Below are positions 18,772 through 29,091 of a stretch of DNA of 45,870 bases, one piece after another. This stretch comes from an uncultured Thermococci archaeon (GTDB lineage: Archaea > Methanobacteriota_B > Thermococci > Thermococcales > Thermococcaceae), in the NCBI GenBank assembly GCA_964487115.1, contig CAZAPD010000025.1, forward strand, positions 1 to 45,870. The letters are read 5' to 3'. The position numbers and the translations under genes are program-made. Below the pieces are notes generated by a model, which was not told the origin of the DNA, searched no databases, and saw only the letters and a program-made list of their open reading frames with translations. Position 1 is the stretch's first letter; each line of letters opens with the position of its first letter.

Positions 18772-20635
18772 ATTTTGGTCTCTTTGAAAGTAGAAGCGGC
18801 AAGGGTCTCGGTTTATATGGGAAGCCCTCTGTTTTGTGTCTTACTTCCTTTATAAGATCTTCAAGCTGCATTTCTAACTGGCCACCCTTTCTTCTTCTCA
18901 CTGTGATTGTCCCCTGTTCCTTTTCTCTCTCACCTACAACAACTATGTAGGGTATCCACTCCTTCTCTGCTTTCCTTATCTTTTTATTAAGTCTATCCGC
19001 GGTGTCATCAACATCTACTCTAATCTTCGCTCCTTCAAGCTTTCCAGCAACATACAGGGCATAGTCAATGACGTCCTCACTAACTGGGATTACCCTAACT
19101 TGTATCGGACTAAGCCAGAGTGGAAGCATTGCTTTTATGCCTTTCTTCGTTAGCTTTGCTTGCTTTTCGAGGATTGCATACATGACACGTTCAATAGCAC
19201 CACTTGGAGAGCAGTGAAGTATGAGCGGATGCCGTTCCCTGCCTTCTTCATCATAATATGTTATGCCAAAGCGTTCTGCATTCTCAACATCAATTTGGAC
19301 TGTGCTCAAAGCCGCTGCTTTATCGAGGTTGTCAACAAAGTTGAACTCAAATTTTATGATGAAATAGAAGAACCTCTGATCCCACATCTCTATTAGTATT
19401 GGTTTGCCAATTATCTTAGCCAGTTCGACGATGAAGTCTTTGTTAGCATCCCAGAAATCACGGGTAAATCTGACTGCAGCCTCATAATCATCCGGCATTA
19501 GGCCAACACCCTTAAGAACCTCCATGCTGAGTTTATACTGTTTTTTGAACTCATCCATGGCTTGCTTGAGATCCTTAGCCACGGTGTGCATATCCGGCAT
19601 TGTAAATGCCCTGAGTCTCCTTAAGCCGCTTAACTCTCCACGTTTCTCTCTTCTGAAGGAGTACCTTGTTAATTCATACATTCTGAGAGGCAAATGTCTG
19701 TAACTTATTGTTGCATCCTTCTTTATTAAGAACTGGCCAAAACATGCTGCAAAACGAAGGAAGAATTTTTTATCACCACTTTTGACGACATACTGCCTCG
19801 CAGGAAAGCGGTTGAGGTATTTTTCAAGTGCTGGGTGCTCGAAGTCATACATAATGGGTGTCTCCACCTCCATGGCTCCATACTCAATGACTTTTTCAGT
19901 GACATATTGCTCAAGGAGGGACTTGATAAGCCTGCCTTTCGGGTAATACCTGAGATTTCCAGGATCACTGCCTGGTTCGTAGTCAACGAGCTCCTGCTCA
20001 AGCATTATCTTTACATGAGGCGGTTCCTCTGTTGCAATTCTGCTCTTGCTTATCTCATAATTTGCAAACTTTTTGAGATTCTCATAACCTGTAAAATCAA
20101 ATTTATCAACATCGATAAGCTCGCCTTCAGGTGTTAGGATATACCAGTAGCTCACGAGCTCCTCTTCTTTCTTCAATGCCTCAGAAACTTCCTCCTCAAC
20201 CTTTTCTCCTTCCGGCACTATCGTTCTGCTCAGCTCGGCCAGGGGATGACCTTTACAGCTCAGCTTGAATGCCTTGTAGTAGCCAAAAGGAGCTCTTTTT
20301 ACATGGTATCCTTCTTCCCGAAGTTTCTCTTCGAGTTCTTTTAGAATACTAAGAGCGGTATCAGGCTCTGCAAGCTCACTACTAAGATGAGCAAACGGAT
20401 AAAGGAATATGTTTGAGGCTTTAACTTGAGAAGCAACGTTCTCTATCTCTTTAAGAGCCTTCTGAACAACTTCAGTAGGACTGCCTTCATCAACCTTCTC
20501 AACGCTGATAAAAACTGCCAGAACTTCCTCAAGTCTGCCTCTTTTTCTTTCATCCTCTATCGGCTCAGGCTTTTTTATTGCCTTATCCTTGACCTCATAT
20601 TCGAGATAGTCACTATGGATTAAGAGCATTCTCAT
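18761..20635 (-). CDS. thrS: Threonyl-tRNA synthetase (archaeal type with N-terminal editing domain)
   Basis: [33 protein letters not shown] and anticodon-binding [10 protein letters not shown]. Confidence 0.97.
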   Translation of the reverse strand: MRMLLIHSDYLEYEVKDKAIKKPEPIEDERKRGRLEEVLAVFISVEKVDEGSPTEVVQKALKEIENVASQVKASNIFLYPFAHLSSELAEPDTALSILKELEEKLREEGYHVKRAPFGYYKAFKLSCKGHPLAELSRTIVPEGEKVEEEVSEALKKEEELVSYWYILTPEGELIDVDKFDFTGYENLKKFANYEISKSRIATEEPPHVKIMLEQELVDYEPGSDPGNLRYYPKGRLIKSLLEQYVTEKVIEYGAMEVETPIMYDFEHPALEKYLNRFPARQYVVKSGDKKFFLRFAACFGQFLIKKDATISYRHLPLRMYELTRYSFRREKRGELSGLRRLRAFTMPDMHTVAKDLKQAMDEFKKQYKLSMEVLKGVGLMPDDYEAAVRFTRDFWDANKDFIVELAKIIGKPILIEMWDQRFFYFIIKFEFNFVDNLDKAAALSTVQIDVENAERFGITYYDEEGRERHPLILHCSPSGAIERVMYAILEKQAKLTKKGIKAMLPLWLSPIQVRVIPVSEDVIDYALYVAGKLEGAKIRVDVDDTADRLNKKIRKAEKEWIPYIVVVGEREKEQGTITVRRRKGGQLEMQLEDLIKEVRHKTEGFPYKPRPLPLLLSKRPKFRG

Positions 20636-20749
20636 TCTTATCACCACCATAAGCTCATGTTCAATTACTAAAACCTTTTTTCTCCAGCCTTATAAATCCA
20701 GCGGCAAGCTTAAAAGATTAAATCACAGAAATCTTTTGAGGTGCGGCAG

Positions 20750-21346
20750 ATGGATGAAAAGAAAAAAATCAGAGAAGGTGCGCTTGTTATCCCGGGCGAT
20801 TATCTCGGGGTCATAGAAGAGTATCTCCCGGGAGAGGGAGTTATAGAGGAAAATGGGGAATTATATGCAACGATGGCTGGGAGAGTTAAGATAAATGAAA
20901 AAAAGATGGAGATCAGCATTGAGCCCGTAACTGATACACCTCCTCTGCCAAAGATTGGGGACATAGTAATCGGGAAGGTGATAGAGGTAAAGCCCCAAGC
21001 TGCCATAATCCAGCTTTCGAAAATTGAAGGGAGACAAGGATACAGAGAAATAGCAACCTCTAAACTGGCTGGAATTCATATCTCACAGGTTAGGGAGGGC
21101 TATGTTGAAGATATGAGAAAGGAATTCAAGATTGGAGATATAATCCGGGCCCGGGTTATAACAGACGAGAAGAGCCCAATTCAGCTCAGTACAAGGGAAT
21201 TAGATTTAGGTGTCATCTATGCCCTTTGTAGCAGATGCAGAAATCCCTTAGTAAGAAGAGGAAATCAGCTTATATGCCCTAAGTGTGGTAACATTGAAAC
21301 AAGAAAAGTTTCGACTCTCTACAGAAAGCTTCAGCTGACGGTGTAA
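20750..21346 (+). CDS. csl4: Exosome complex RNA-binding protein Csl4
   Basis: PGDYLG N-domain, S1 domain (IHISQV, GDIIRARV) and Zn-ribbon CSRC/CPKC. Confidence 0.93.
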   Translation: MDEKKKIREGALVIPGDYLGVIEEYLPGEGVIEENGELYATMAGRVKINEKKMEISIEPVTDTPPLPKIGDIVIGKVIEVKPQAAIIQLSKIEGRQGYREIATSKLAGIHISQVREGYVEDMRKEFKIGDIIRARVITDEKSPIQLSTRELDLGVIYALCSRCRNPLVRRGNQLICPKCGNIETRKVSTLYRKLQLTV

Positions 21347-21349
21347 GAC

Positions 21350-21979
21350 ATGGTAGCAAAAAAAGTCATTGTCATACACGTAAAGGACGATGTTGAGAAG
21401 GAGGAATTTATGAAGGAGCTCCAAAAACTCAGACTTCCTGCTTTTATCTATGTTCATGGGAAGCTTAATTCACTCAAGATAACAGTGCAGGGAACCAAGG
21501 ATGAAATCAGAGAGGCACTTAAAAAGATAAAAGAGGTACAGCACAGAGTTAGGGCAAGATTGCACACAAACAAGAGAGGACTCTACAGATACACCATTGA
21601 TGATCTTTTCAGGGAGGCTGGGGTTAGCGTTTCAATTCCAATCCTGCTGAAGACTCTTGAGCTCGATGGAGAAACAGTGGAGTTTGACGGCAGAGATTTA
21701 AAAACATCTCTCCCGTGGAATGATATAGTTGGACTTGTCAGAAATTTGGGAGAGATGCTCTCTGATATATCCTTACAGACCACGAGACAGATTAGAGAGG
21801 TTGTTCTTCCTGTTGCCGCTGTATTTAGCCTTGATCCTGAAGAAGTTCTTGACATGCTTATAGAGCTTGAGCTGGCAGAATATAAAGAGGATAAGTTTAA
21901 ATACGAACTTGTGAAGAATAAGGAGCAGGCATTGAAAAGGCTGTTAGAATGTCTGAAAGGTGAGGTCGATGAAGATTGA
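21350..21979 (+). CDS. Conserved archaeal protein (DUF2067-like)
   Basis: Lies between csl4 and rpoL in the exosome-linked operon; KITVQG motif. Confidence 0.65.
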   Translation: MVAKKVIVIHVKDDVEKEEFMKELQKLRLPAFIYVHGKLNSLKITVQGTKDEIREALKKIKEVQHRVRARLHTNKRGLYRYTIDDLFREAGVSVSIPILLKTLELDGETVEFDGRDLKTSLPWNDIVGLVRNLGEMLSDISLQTTRQIREVVLPVAAVFSLDPEEVLDMLIELELAEYKEDKFKYELVKNKEQALKRLLECLKGEVDED

Positions 21980-22256
21980 GATTATAAAGCGTGAGAAAAA
22001 TTCTCTGGAGTTCTATCTTGAAGGAGAAGACCACACTTTCGCAGGGTTGCTCAATGAGGTCCTTCATGAGAACAAGCACATAGTGTTTGCGAGTTATACA
22101 ATCGAACATCCGATATTAGCAGCAAGGAAACCAAGGTTCAAAGTTGTTACAGATGGCAAAGTGACACCAGAAAAAGCCCTTGAAGAGGCTGCTCAAAAAA
22201 TTTTTGATAGAGCACGGGAAGTTTTAAATCTCTGGAAAGAGGCCACAAAGGAGTAA
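21969..22256 (+). CDS. rpoL: DNA-directed RNA polymerase subunit L (Rpo11)
   Basis: [10 protein letters not shown]...ASYTIEHP motif. ATG 21969 behind SD GAGGT. Confidence 0.95.
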   Translation: MKIEIIKREKNSLEFYLEGEDHTFAGLLNEVLHENKHIVFASYTIEHPILAARKPRFKVVTDGKVTPEKALEEAAQKIFDRAREVLNLWKEATKE

Positions 22257-22288
22257 TGGTGCTCTCCAGTACATGGAAGTGGCCTTCT

Positions 22289-22675
22289 ATGAGATACTCC
22301 AGAGATTTCAAAGACAAAAATCTCTCCAAATTCGGTGATTCTCTCATTAATTTTGTATTCTCCTTGGCTTTAAGTGAATATTTGGAATATCCCTCCGCAG
22401 GTAGAGTGTCAAATGCCTCACTAACAATGGCACTTGAGATAGCTGGATTAAGGCATTTAATTCCTCCAAGAACCGATAAGCACAAAAAGGGGGATATAGC
22501 AGAAGCCATTTTTGCCTATGCATGGCTTGAGAATAAAATTACAATAGAAGAAGCAGCTCAAATTCTAAAAACAAACTTTACAGAAGATGTTACGCATTTT
22601 GCAAGGAAAAAAGAGATAATAGGAAAAGCATTTGGTGAGGTTTTTAAAGTTATAAAAGAAAGGCTGGAAATTTAA
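22289..22675 (+). CDS. Archaeal ribonuclease III-like protein
   Basis: LSKFGDSLINF, VSNASL and KGDIAEAI motifs of the RNase III catalytic fold, with no dsRBD. Confidence 0.75.
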   Translation: MRYSRDFKDKNLSKFGDSLINFVFSLALSEYLEYPSAGRVSNASLTMALEIAGLRHLIPPRTDKHKKGDIAEAIFAYAWLENKITIEEAAQILKTNFTEDVTHFARKKEIIGKAFGEVFKVIKERLEI

Positions 22676-22684
22676 AATAAAGAA

Positions 22685-23491
22685 TCAAAGACTAGTTAAC
22701 AGCTCTATAAGCCCCTGTTTTGTTGGGATCTTTCTAAATTTTTCGGGATCTTTAATCTTGAGAAGAATTGGCACATCTCCAAAGAGCTTCAGCAGCTTTC
22801 CAAATGGGATTTTTCCCTCGCCCGGCATTAAATGTAAATCTCCAACACCATAAGCCAGTGCATCCTCTGGTTCCACTTGGGGGAATAATTTTCCAAAATT
22901 ATCGTGTATCATGAGAATGATAGTTTTCTCTGTCCCGAGCTTAACATCGTCAAGAAGCTTATTCTCATCTCCCTGAGCACTTAAAAATGCATGGGCAACA
23001 TCAAGGGCAAAACCTACATTGTCCCTGTCGACATTGTCTACAACGTAGAGAGTGTCTTTAACACTGAATGTATTTTCAAGAGCTATTTTTATGCTGAATG
23101 GTTTCACCATGTCAGCCAACTGCTGGATAGCCTCTATCTCTAAATCAAGTCTTCCAGTCCTACCACTTTGCATGACTATAACCTTAGCACCGAGTTTTAT
23201 TGCGACATCTGCAATTGCCCTTGCAACTCTAAAATGCCGCGTGTAGTAGATATGGTCTCTGAGATTGACAGATATTGGCATTCGTATTATGTAGTCAATG
23301 CCGACGCCTTTCAGCGTTATTTCAACCTCCCTCATGGCCTTCTCAACGACTTGGCCATTTTTTATCAGCCCAAGAGCATGGGGGAAAATTGAGACAAAGT
23401 CGTAATTCTTGATTTTCACGTCCGCTAACAATGATGCGAGTGTTTTGTCCTTGCTGATAAATTGTGGATACACACTTACACCAATTTCCAT
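22685..23491 (-). CDS. Sugar-phosphate isomerase/epimerase / endonuclease IV-like TIM barrel
   Basis: IALEN, ALDVAHA, IHDN and DLHLMPGEGKI. ATG 23491 behind GGTGA. Confidence 0.8.
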   Translation of the reverse strand: MEIGVSVYPQFISKDKTLASLLADVKIKNYDFVSIFPHALGLIKNGQVVEKAMREVEITLKGVGIDYIIRMPISVNLRDHIYYTRHFRVARAIADVAIKLGAKVIVMQSGRTGRLDLEIEAIQQLADMVKPFSIKIALENTFSVKDTLYVVDNVDRDNVGFALDVAHAFLSAQGDENKLLDDVKLGTEKTIILMIHDNFGKLFPQVEPEDALAYGVGDLHLMPGEGKIPFGKLLKLFGDVPILLKIKDPEKFRKIPTKQGLIELLTSL

Positions 23492-23588
23492 AGTATTCAC
23501 CTTATTGCAATATCTGGTTGGTAACTATAAAAATCTTAGCAGAGGCATATTTAAAAATCCCACAAAGGATACCAGAATAGGTGGTAGG

Positions 23589-24626
23589 ATGAACGAAAGA
23601 GAAAGAGAAAAAGAAATCTGGAAATATATTGCACTTATTTTAGCACTCATGCTTGCAACTTCAATAATTGCCACTACTCTTCTCTATCTCCAGAATTCTG
23701 AATTGCAAAAGGGTTATATATTGAATAAAACCACAGCCGCAAAAGTTGAAGTTAAAAATCAAACTGTAGTAGTTTCGACAGGAAACATAACGGCATTACA
23801 GGCTAAGATAGATGAACTCCAGCAGGAGATTGAATATCTAAAAGAACAGGTTAGAGAAAAGCAAATTTCTAAAAATGTTACTAATGCCACAATTGCAATA
23901 CTTCCAATATTCGGACCGATAGATGAATACACGGCCTTAGATTTGATTCCAAAGCTGAGGAGTATTGCAAAGAACAACTCGATTGAAGGAGTTCTCCTCT
24001 GGATCGATAGCCCGGGAGGATACGTAGGTCCTGTTAGAGAGTTATACCACGAAGTTAAAAAATTGAGCTATACTAAGCCTGTTGTTGCATATACTGGTGG
24101 CATGATGGCTTCTGGTGCCTATTTCATAGCTTGTGGGGCAGATAAGATCATCGCCGACCCTTTGGCAGACGTTGGAAGCATTGGAGTCATATATGTGCAT
24201 TATGACCTTGAGCAGAATTATGAGAGAAATGGAATAAAAGTTGAAGTATTTAAAACAGGTCCCTATAAGGACATGGGAGCTGAATGGCGTGGCCTTACAG
24301 ATGAAGAAAAGAAGATTATCTCAAATATGATAGATGCATATTTTACCGATTTCCTAAATGCGGTTAGTGCAGGTAGAAATATGAGCATGAATGAAACCAA
24401 GAAGTTTGCAACGGGTAGAACATGGTTTGCATTAAATGTTACTGGAAGCTTAGTTGATGAAACCGGAGATATTGATTATTCAATTAAAGCTCTGGAAAAG
24501 ATGATAAATACAACAAGCGTAAAGGTTATTATCTACAAAGGGGATATTCCGGTAAACTTTGGAGTCTACCAGAGCACCGCACTTTATATGGATCCAAGAT
24601 ATATTAGCGCATATATAAAGGGGTGA
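23589..24626 (+). CDS. sppA: Signal peptide peptidase SppA (S49)
   Basis: N-terminal TM and coiled coil, IDSPGG, MASGAY, GSIGV and KTGPYKD. Confidence 0.92.
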   Translation: MNEREREKEIWKYIALILALMLATSIIATTLLYLQNSELQKGYILNKTTAAKVEVKNQTVVVSTGNITALQAKIDELQQEIEYLKEQVREKQISKNVTNATIAILPIFGPIDEYTALDLIPKLRSIAKNNSIEGVLLWIDSPGGYVGPVRELYHEVKKLSYTKPVVAYTGGMMASGAYFIACGADKIIADPLADVGSIGVIYVHYDLEQNYERNGIKVEVFKTGPYKDMGAEWRGLTDEEKKIISNMIDAYFTDFLNAVSAGRNMSMNETKKFATGRTWFALNVTGSLVDETGDIDYSIKALEKMINTTSVKVIIYKGDIPVNFGVYQSTALYMDPRYISAYIKG

Positions 24627-24630
24627 GATT

Positions 24631-25104
24631 ATGCAATGTGAGGAGAAGCTTGAGGTGTTTGATAATGGCTTCAAAGACGAAAAATTTAATATAACGATTC
24701 GGTTCTATGGTAGTGATTCTCGAAAGCTTCTCCTTGCAGTGATTTATGAACTCTACTTACGTGATTATGGGTCAGAATATGTGTATCCATTTGAATGCTC
24801 CAAGGAATTTTGGAAGATATACCTCGAATCCAGTGAAATAATTCCCGAAGAACTTAAACTCAGTAAGGTTAAATTCATAAATCGCTCTCTCATTGACAAA
24901 CTTAAGAAGACATTAGCCGAGATCAATGCACCCAACGAGGTGAAGCAGAGTATAGATATTGAGAAAGCTGAGATCCAAAAGCTTAAAGATGGGTTAATTG
25001 TAATGGGCAGAACCTTCATCTTAGACGAAAGCAAAAAAAGACTGTTTGTATTTAACAAACCAGCGGTTAGGGAGATCATACTCAAATATCTGAGGAGATT
25101 CTGA
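24631..25104 (+). CDS. Conserved hypothetical protein
   Basis: 157-aa ORF with SD GGTGA, tightly packed between sppA and the AI-2E permease. Confidence 0.7.
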   Translation: MQCEEKLEVFDNGFKDEKFNITIRFYGSDSRKLLLAVIYELYLRDYGSEYVYPFECSKEFWKIYLESSEIIPEELKLSKVKFINRSLIDKLKKTLAEINAPNEVKQSIDIEKAEIQKLKDGLIVMGRTFILDESKKRLFVFNKPAVREIILKYLRRF

Positions 25105-26096
25105 TGAGGGCAGAAACTATTATATGGGCAATAATTTCTCTTTTAATACTTTTTCTTACTTGGAAGACTATACAACCTGTACTAACCCCCGTAATATTTG
25201 CCCTCACCATAGCATACATATTTTATCCCTGGCATAAGAATTTAGCCGAAAAGATTGGAGAACGTAATTCAGGATTAGTTTTAACATCTTTTCTGGCAAT
25301 CCTCTTGATGCTATTCGTTTTAGGCTTTGCACTTTGGGTTAATGAAGTTAAAACCTATTTAGCCCTATATCTCGATGTATTTTTCAAATGGTTACTTAAT
25401 CAGAACCTCCCTTCAAGTCTCTACGATGTCCTGCAGAGGGTTGCAAATGATATCCTCCAGAGATTTGAGAACTATCTGCAGGCATACACCTACTCACTAC
25501 CCAAACTGACATTGCAGGTTTTTGTTCTTATTTTCACCTTTTATGGTCTGCTTCTGAATGCGAAGGCGATTGAGAAGGAGGTATATGAGATTCTTCCCTC
25601 TGAGAAAAGAGACTTAGCTCTCCGTCTTATTAAAAAAGGAGAGGAGACTCTTAATACGCTCTTAAGAGTGTGGTTAGCATTCAGTGTCATCAAAGGGATC
25701 TCATTAGCCTTAGCGTTTTTGATCTTTGGGATTGCGAATGTAAGTGGTGCTATTGCCGCGGGAATATTTACTCTGATCTTGGAACTACTTCCAGTGGTTG
25801 GCGGATGGATGATATGGTTAGCTGGCACTATATATCTGTTCCAAGGAGGAGAAACTCTGTTGGCAGTCTTATTTGCCCTATATGGATTTTTCTTAGTTTC
25901 TCCTATGCCTGATTATCTGCTCAGGCAAAAAGTTGTGCTTAGTAAAACAGGTGTTAATGCGATTATAGCATTGGTAGGAATTTTTGGTGGTCTATTTGCA
26001 TTTGGAGTAGTTGGCATTATAATTGGTCCGGTTACTCTGGGATTAGCCGCAACTTTGATTGAAGAATGGAAAACCATGACAGAAAAGGGGAGATAG
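25104..26096 (+). CDS. AI-2E family transporter
   Basis: Polytopic membrane protein with LPVVGG and GG..FGVVGIIIGP motifs. Confidence 0.85.
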   Translation: MRAETIIWAIISLLILFLTWKTIQPVLTPVIFALTIAYIFYPWHKNLAEKIGERNSGLVLTSFLAILLMLFVLGFALWVNEVKTYLALYLDVFFKWLLNQNLPSSLYDVLQRVANDILQRFENYLQAYTYSLPKLTLQVFVLIFTFYGLLLNAKAIEKEVYEILPSEKRDLALRLIKKGEETLNTLLRVWLAFSVIKGISLALAFLIFGIANVSGAIAAGIFTLILELLPVVGGWMIWLAGTIYLFQGGETLLAVLFALYGFFLVSPMPDYLLRQKVVLSKTGVNAIIALVGIFGGLFAFGVVGIIIGPVTLGLAATLIEEWKTMTEKGR

Positions 26097-26099
26097 AAG

Positions 26100-27071
26100 A
26101 TGATAGTTCATACCCCAAAAAGATTGCATTTTGGTCTTATCGACCCTACAGCAATTCTTGGAAGGAGATTTGGGGCTTTAGGGATCTCTTTAGAAAATGG
26201 ATATGAAATCAGAGTTGTTCCAAGCGACAAATTCGAGATACATGCCCATGGGGAAGATGTATCCACAATAAAAGAGGCCATTAGAAAAATGAATCTACAT
26301 TTCAATACCGGAACCGACTATATAATTGAGGTTAAAAAGTCAATTCCAAGACATATAGGCTTGGGCTCCACAACCCAGCTGATGTTAGCCGTTGGAATCT
26401 CTCTCGCAAAGCTGAATAATATCAACATACCAATTGAAAGACTTGCAAGAGTTCTGGGAAGAGGTAAAAACGGAGCAATCGGAATATATTCCTTTGCCTA
26501 CGGTGGTTTTATCATTGATGGGGGAGTTAAGGAAGGAATACCTCCTCTGATTTTTAGGGAGAAATTCCCTTCCGAGTGGAGATTTCTCCTTATAACACCT
26601 GAAGCTAAAGCCGGTCTGGATGAGAAAGAAGAAAAACCTATTATGGAGCAAATAAGAGGCTCAAGAGACACCGCTATGGAGATCTCCCACAGAATACTCC
26701 TTGGGTTGCTACCCGCATTAAAAGAGAAGAATATCAAGGAATTTGGTTCTCATCTGACTGCAATACAAAAACTTGTAGGAAAACATTTCGAGCTCTATCA
26801 AGGGGGTGAATTTAGAGAGGATGTAGAGATTGCGATTGAATTTCTAAGTGAGAAAACATATGGCTATGGCCAGAGTTCTTGGGGCCCAACAGTCTATGGA
26901 CTGATACTCAAGGGGGAGGCTCAGAAATTAATGATCGAAGCTCACGATTATATGAAGGATCATGGAATAAAAGCTAAGATAGAGATCGGAATTCCAAGAA
27001 ACCATGGAGCAGAGGTCATAGGGGAAAATACATTCCTTCAAAGGATAATAAACCATGTAGCTGGTGAGTAA
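26100..27071 (+). CDS. Beta-ribofuranosylaminobenzene 5'-phosphate synthase family (GHMP superfamily)
   Basis: RLHFGLID, PRHIGLGSTTQ, GGFIIDGG and GQSSWGPTVYG. Confidence 0.85.
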   Translation: MIVHTPKRLHFGLIDPTAILGRRFGALGISLENGYEIRVVPSDKFEIHAHGEDVSTIKEAIRKMNLHFNTGTDYIIEVKKSIPRHIGLGSTTQLMLAVGISLAKLNNINIPIERLARVLGRGKNGAIGIYSFAYGGFIIDGGVKEGIPPLIFREKFPSEWRFLLITPEAKAGLDEKEEKPIMEQIRGSRDTAMEISHRILLGLLPALKEKNIKEFGSHLTAIQKLVGKHFELYQGGEFREDVEIAIEFLSEKTYGYGQSSWGPTVYGLILKGEAQKLMIEAHDYMKDHGIKAKIEIGIPRNHGAEVIGENTFLQRIINHVAGE

Positions 27072-27860
27072 ATGACCCTTGGCCGCTTTATTAAAATCAG
27101 CTACAAAGGAGATAGAGCCAAAATTAGAAGGCTTAATGAGATACTGAAAGAGCTGGGAGTAGAATGTGCTCGAATTATCGAAGAAAAGGTTGATTTACAA
27201 TTCTCAGCTCTGGAAAATCTCCATAAGAGACTCAGGAATAATGAAACTTTCATAAAGCTTGTAATAGCTAATGCACTTGTATCCTATCAACTAACTGCAA
27301 CAGGGGAGGAGTGGTGGTGGGAGTTCTCAGAGTATTTTTCCCGAAACCCTCCAGAGAGCAGTATAAAAGACGCCTACGCTGAGTTTCTGCCAAATTCAAA
27401 AACAAACAGACGTCTTATTCGGGGAAAACTCAAAAGATTGGAGAAGGCTGAACCATTTCTTCAGGAACTAACCCTCAGAGATCTTGAGCGTTATTATAAA
27501 GATATGTCCCGGTTTAGATGTGAGCTCGCAGATGTTTTGGGCTCAAAAAAGACTGCAAAGACGATAGTCTTCAGCGTAAAAATGTTTGGTTATGCTTGCA
27601 GAATAGCATTCGGCTATTTCATTCCGTATCCAATGGAAATAGAAATCCCAGATGATGTAAGAATAAACGCATATACAAAACGTTTCACAAATGCTCCTCC
27701 AGTAATTTTCTGGAATGAAGTAGCCAACGAGGTGAATATACCCCCGCTACATATTGATTCTATACTATGGCCAATTCTCGGGAAACATGAAGCTGTTAGG
27801 AAGAGATTGAAAAAATATTGTCCTCAAGCAGAGCTTGTTTTTATGTTGAGAGATATCTAA
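27072..27860 (+). CDS. Archaeal 8-oxoguanine DNA glycosylase/AP lyase (AGOG)
   Basis: DLQF, ANALVSYQL..GEEWW, KTIVFSVKM and PPLHIDSILW. Confidence 0.88.
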   Translation: MTLGRFIKISYKGDRAKIRRLNEILKELGVECARIIEEKVDLQFSALENLHKRLRNNETFIKLVIANALVSYQLTATGEEWWWEFSEYFSRNPPESSIKDAYAEFLPNSKTNRRLIRGKLKRLEKAEPFLQELTLRDLERYYKDMSRFRCELADVLGSKKTAKTIVFSVKMFGYACRIAFGYFIPYPMEIEIPDDVRINAYTKRFTNAPPVIFWNEVANEVNIPPLHIDSILWPILGKHEAVRKRLKKYCPQAELVFMLRDI

Positions 27861-27993
27861 AGATTATCCGAATAGAACCTGCCATTTCATCAATATCACA
27901 CACTGAGAAGCTCCTATTGTTATCAAAATTGCAAAAAATTGTCAGAAAAGCTTATATTGGATTAGAATGCTGTCAAGATGGTGATTTAATTGG

Positions 27994-29091
27994 GTGATTT
28001 ACAAACTCTCCAGAAGAATCGTGATTAAGTTTGGAGGTAGTTCTGTTAGGGATTCTTTTGATAAAGCTTTAGAGCTGGTACAATACCTCAGAGAAAATAA
28101 CAACATAGTGGTTGTCGTTTCGGCACTGAAGGGCGTAACAGATATGCTAATAACCCTTGCAGAAAACCGGGAAGAGAGCATTATGGAAAAAATAAAAAAA
28201 GTTCATGAAAAAATCGCTACAGAACTTGGCATAGAAATAGAACATTATTTTCAGGAACTCGAATTTGTATTTAAACATCCTGAAATTTTTCCATCTCAAG
28301 AAGCTTATGTTGATCACATGGTCTCTTTCGGAGAAAGATTATCAGCAGAACTATTTTCAAAAGCCCTCCAGAATGAAGGAATTCCATCAGTTCCTGTGGA
28401 TGCATTTTATATCATTGAAACCTGTGGAAACTTTGGAGATTCAAGAGTTGACTTAAAGAGCACGGCCAAAAAGGTATGGTTTCTAAAGAAACTCTTAGAA
28501 AGGGAAAAAATCCCAGTTGTCACTGGCTTTTTAGGAAATTACAAGGGATTTAGAACAACCTTAGGACGAGGTGGAAGTGATTATACTGCCACGGTAATTG
28601 CTTCTTTATTAAATGCAAAAGCCGTTGCAATAATGAGTGACGTGAATGGCATCTATACAGCAGATCCAAGAGTTGTAAAAAATGCACTGTTAATACCGTT
28701 TGTCTCATACGAAGAAGCGTTACTTGCATCCAAACTTGGAATGAAAGCTTTGCACGAAAGAACATTAGAACCCATTATGAACAAAGTACCGGTAATTCTT
28801 GGAAAAACCGAGAACTGGAAATTAGGAAGTTTAATTTCAGTGAATAGCTCCGGAATTCCAATTATCGTTTACAAAAGAATAAGAGGTTCAAAAACTGAGA
28901 TATCGATCGTAAGCACTTCTAAGATAGAGATAACAACCCCAGAATACCCGATTTATCGGCATGGAAAATACTACACCAGTTTTCTTGTCGATAAGAACGA
29001 GCTTGAGGAAGCTTTAAACGAAATCCATGAGGTGGTTTTAAATGAAAGTCTCAGCACCGGCAACGATAGCGAACTTTGGGCCGGGGTTTGA
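27994..29091 (+). CDS. lysC: Aspartate kinase
   Basis: KFGGSSV, VVVVSA, SFGERLSA, TLGRGGSDYTA and DVNGIYTADPR. Short C-terminus. Start GTG 27994 or 28021. Confidence 0.9.
   Translation: MIYKLSRRIVIKFGGSSVRDSFDKALELVQYLRENNNIVVVVSALKGVTDMLITLAENREESIMEKIKKVHEKIATELGIEIEHYFQELEFVFKHPEIFPSQEAYVDHMVSFGERLSAELFSKALQNEGIPSVPVDAFYIIETCGNFGDSRVDLKSTAKKVWFLKKLLEREKIPVVTGFLGNYKGFRTTLGRGGSDYTATVIASLLNAKAVAIMSDVNGIYTADPRVVKNALLIPFVSYEEALLASKLGMKALHERTLEPIMNKVPVILGKTENWKLGSLISVNSSGIPIIVYKRIRGSKTEISIVSTSKIEITTPEYPIYRHGKYYTSFLVDKNELEEALNEIHEVVLNESLSTGNDSELWAGV

Noticed and set aside
29030..29091. Frameshift at the aspartokinase C-terminus
   Set aside because: A 50-nt overlap with an SD (GAGGTGG) embedded in the upstream gene is consistent with ordinary translational coupling; nothing shows a lesion.
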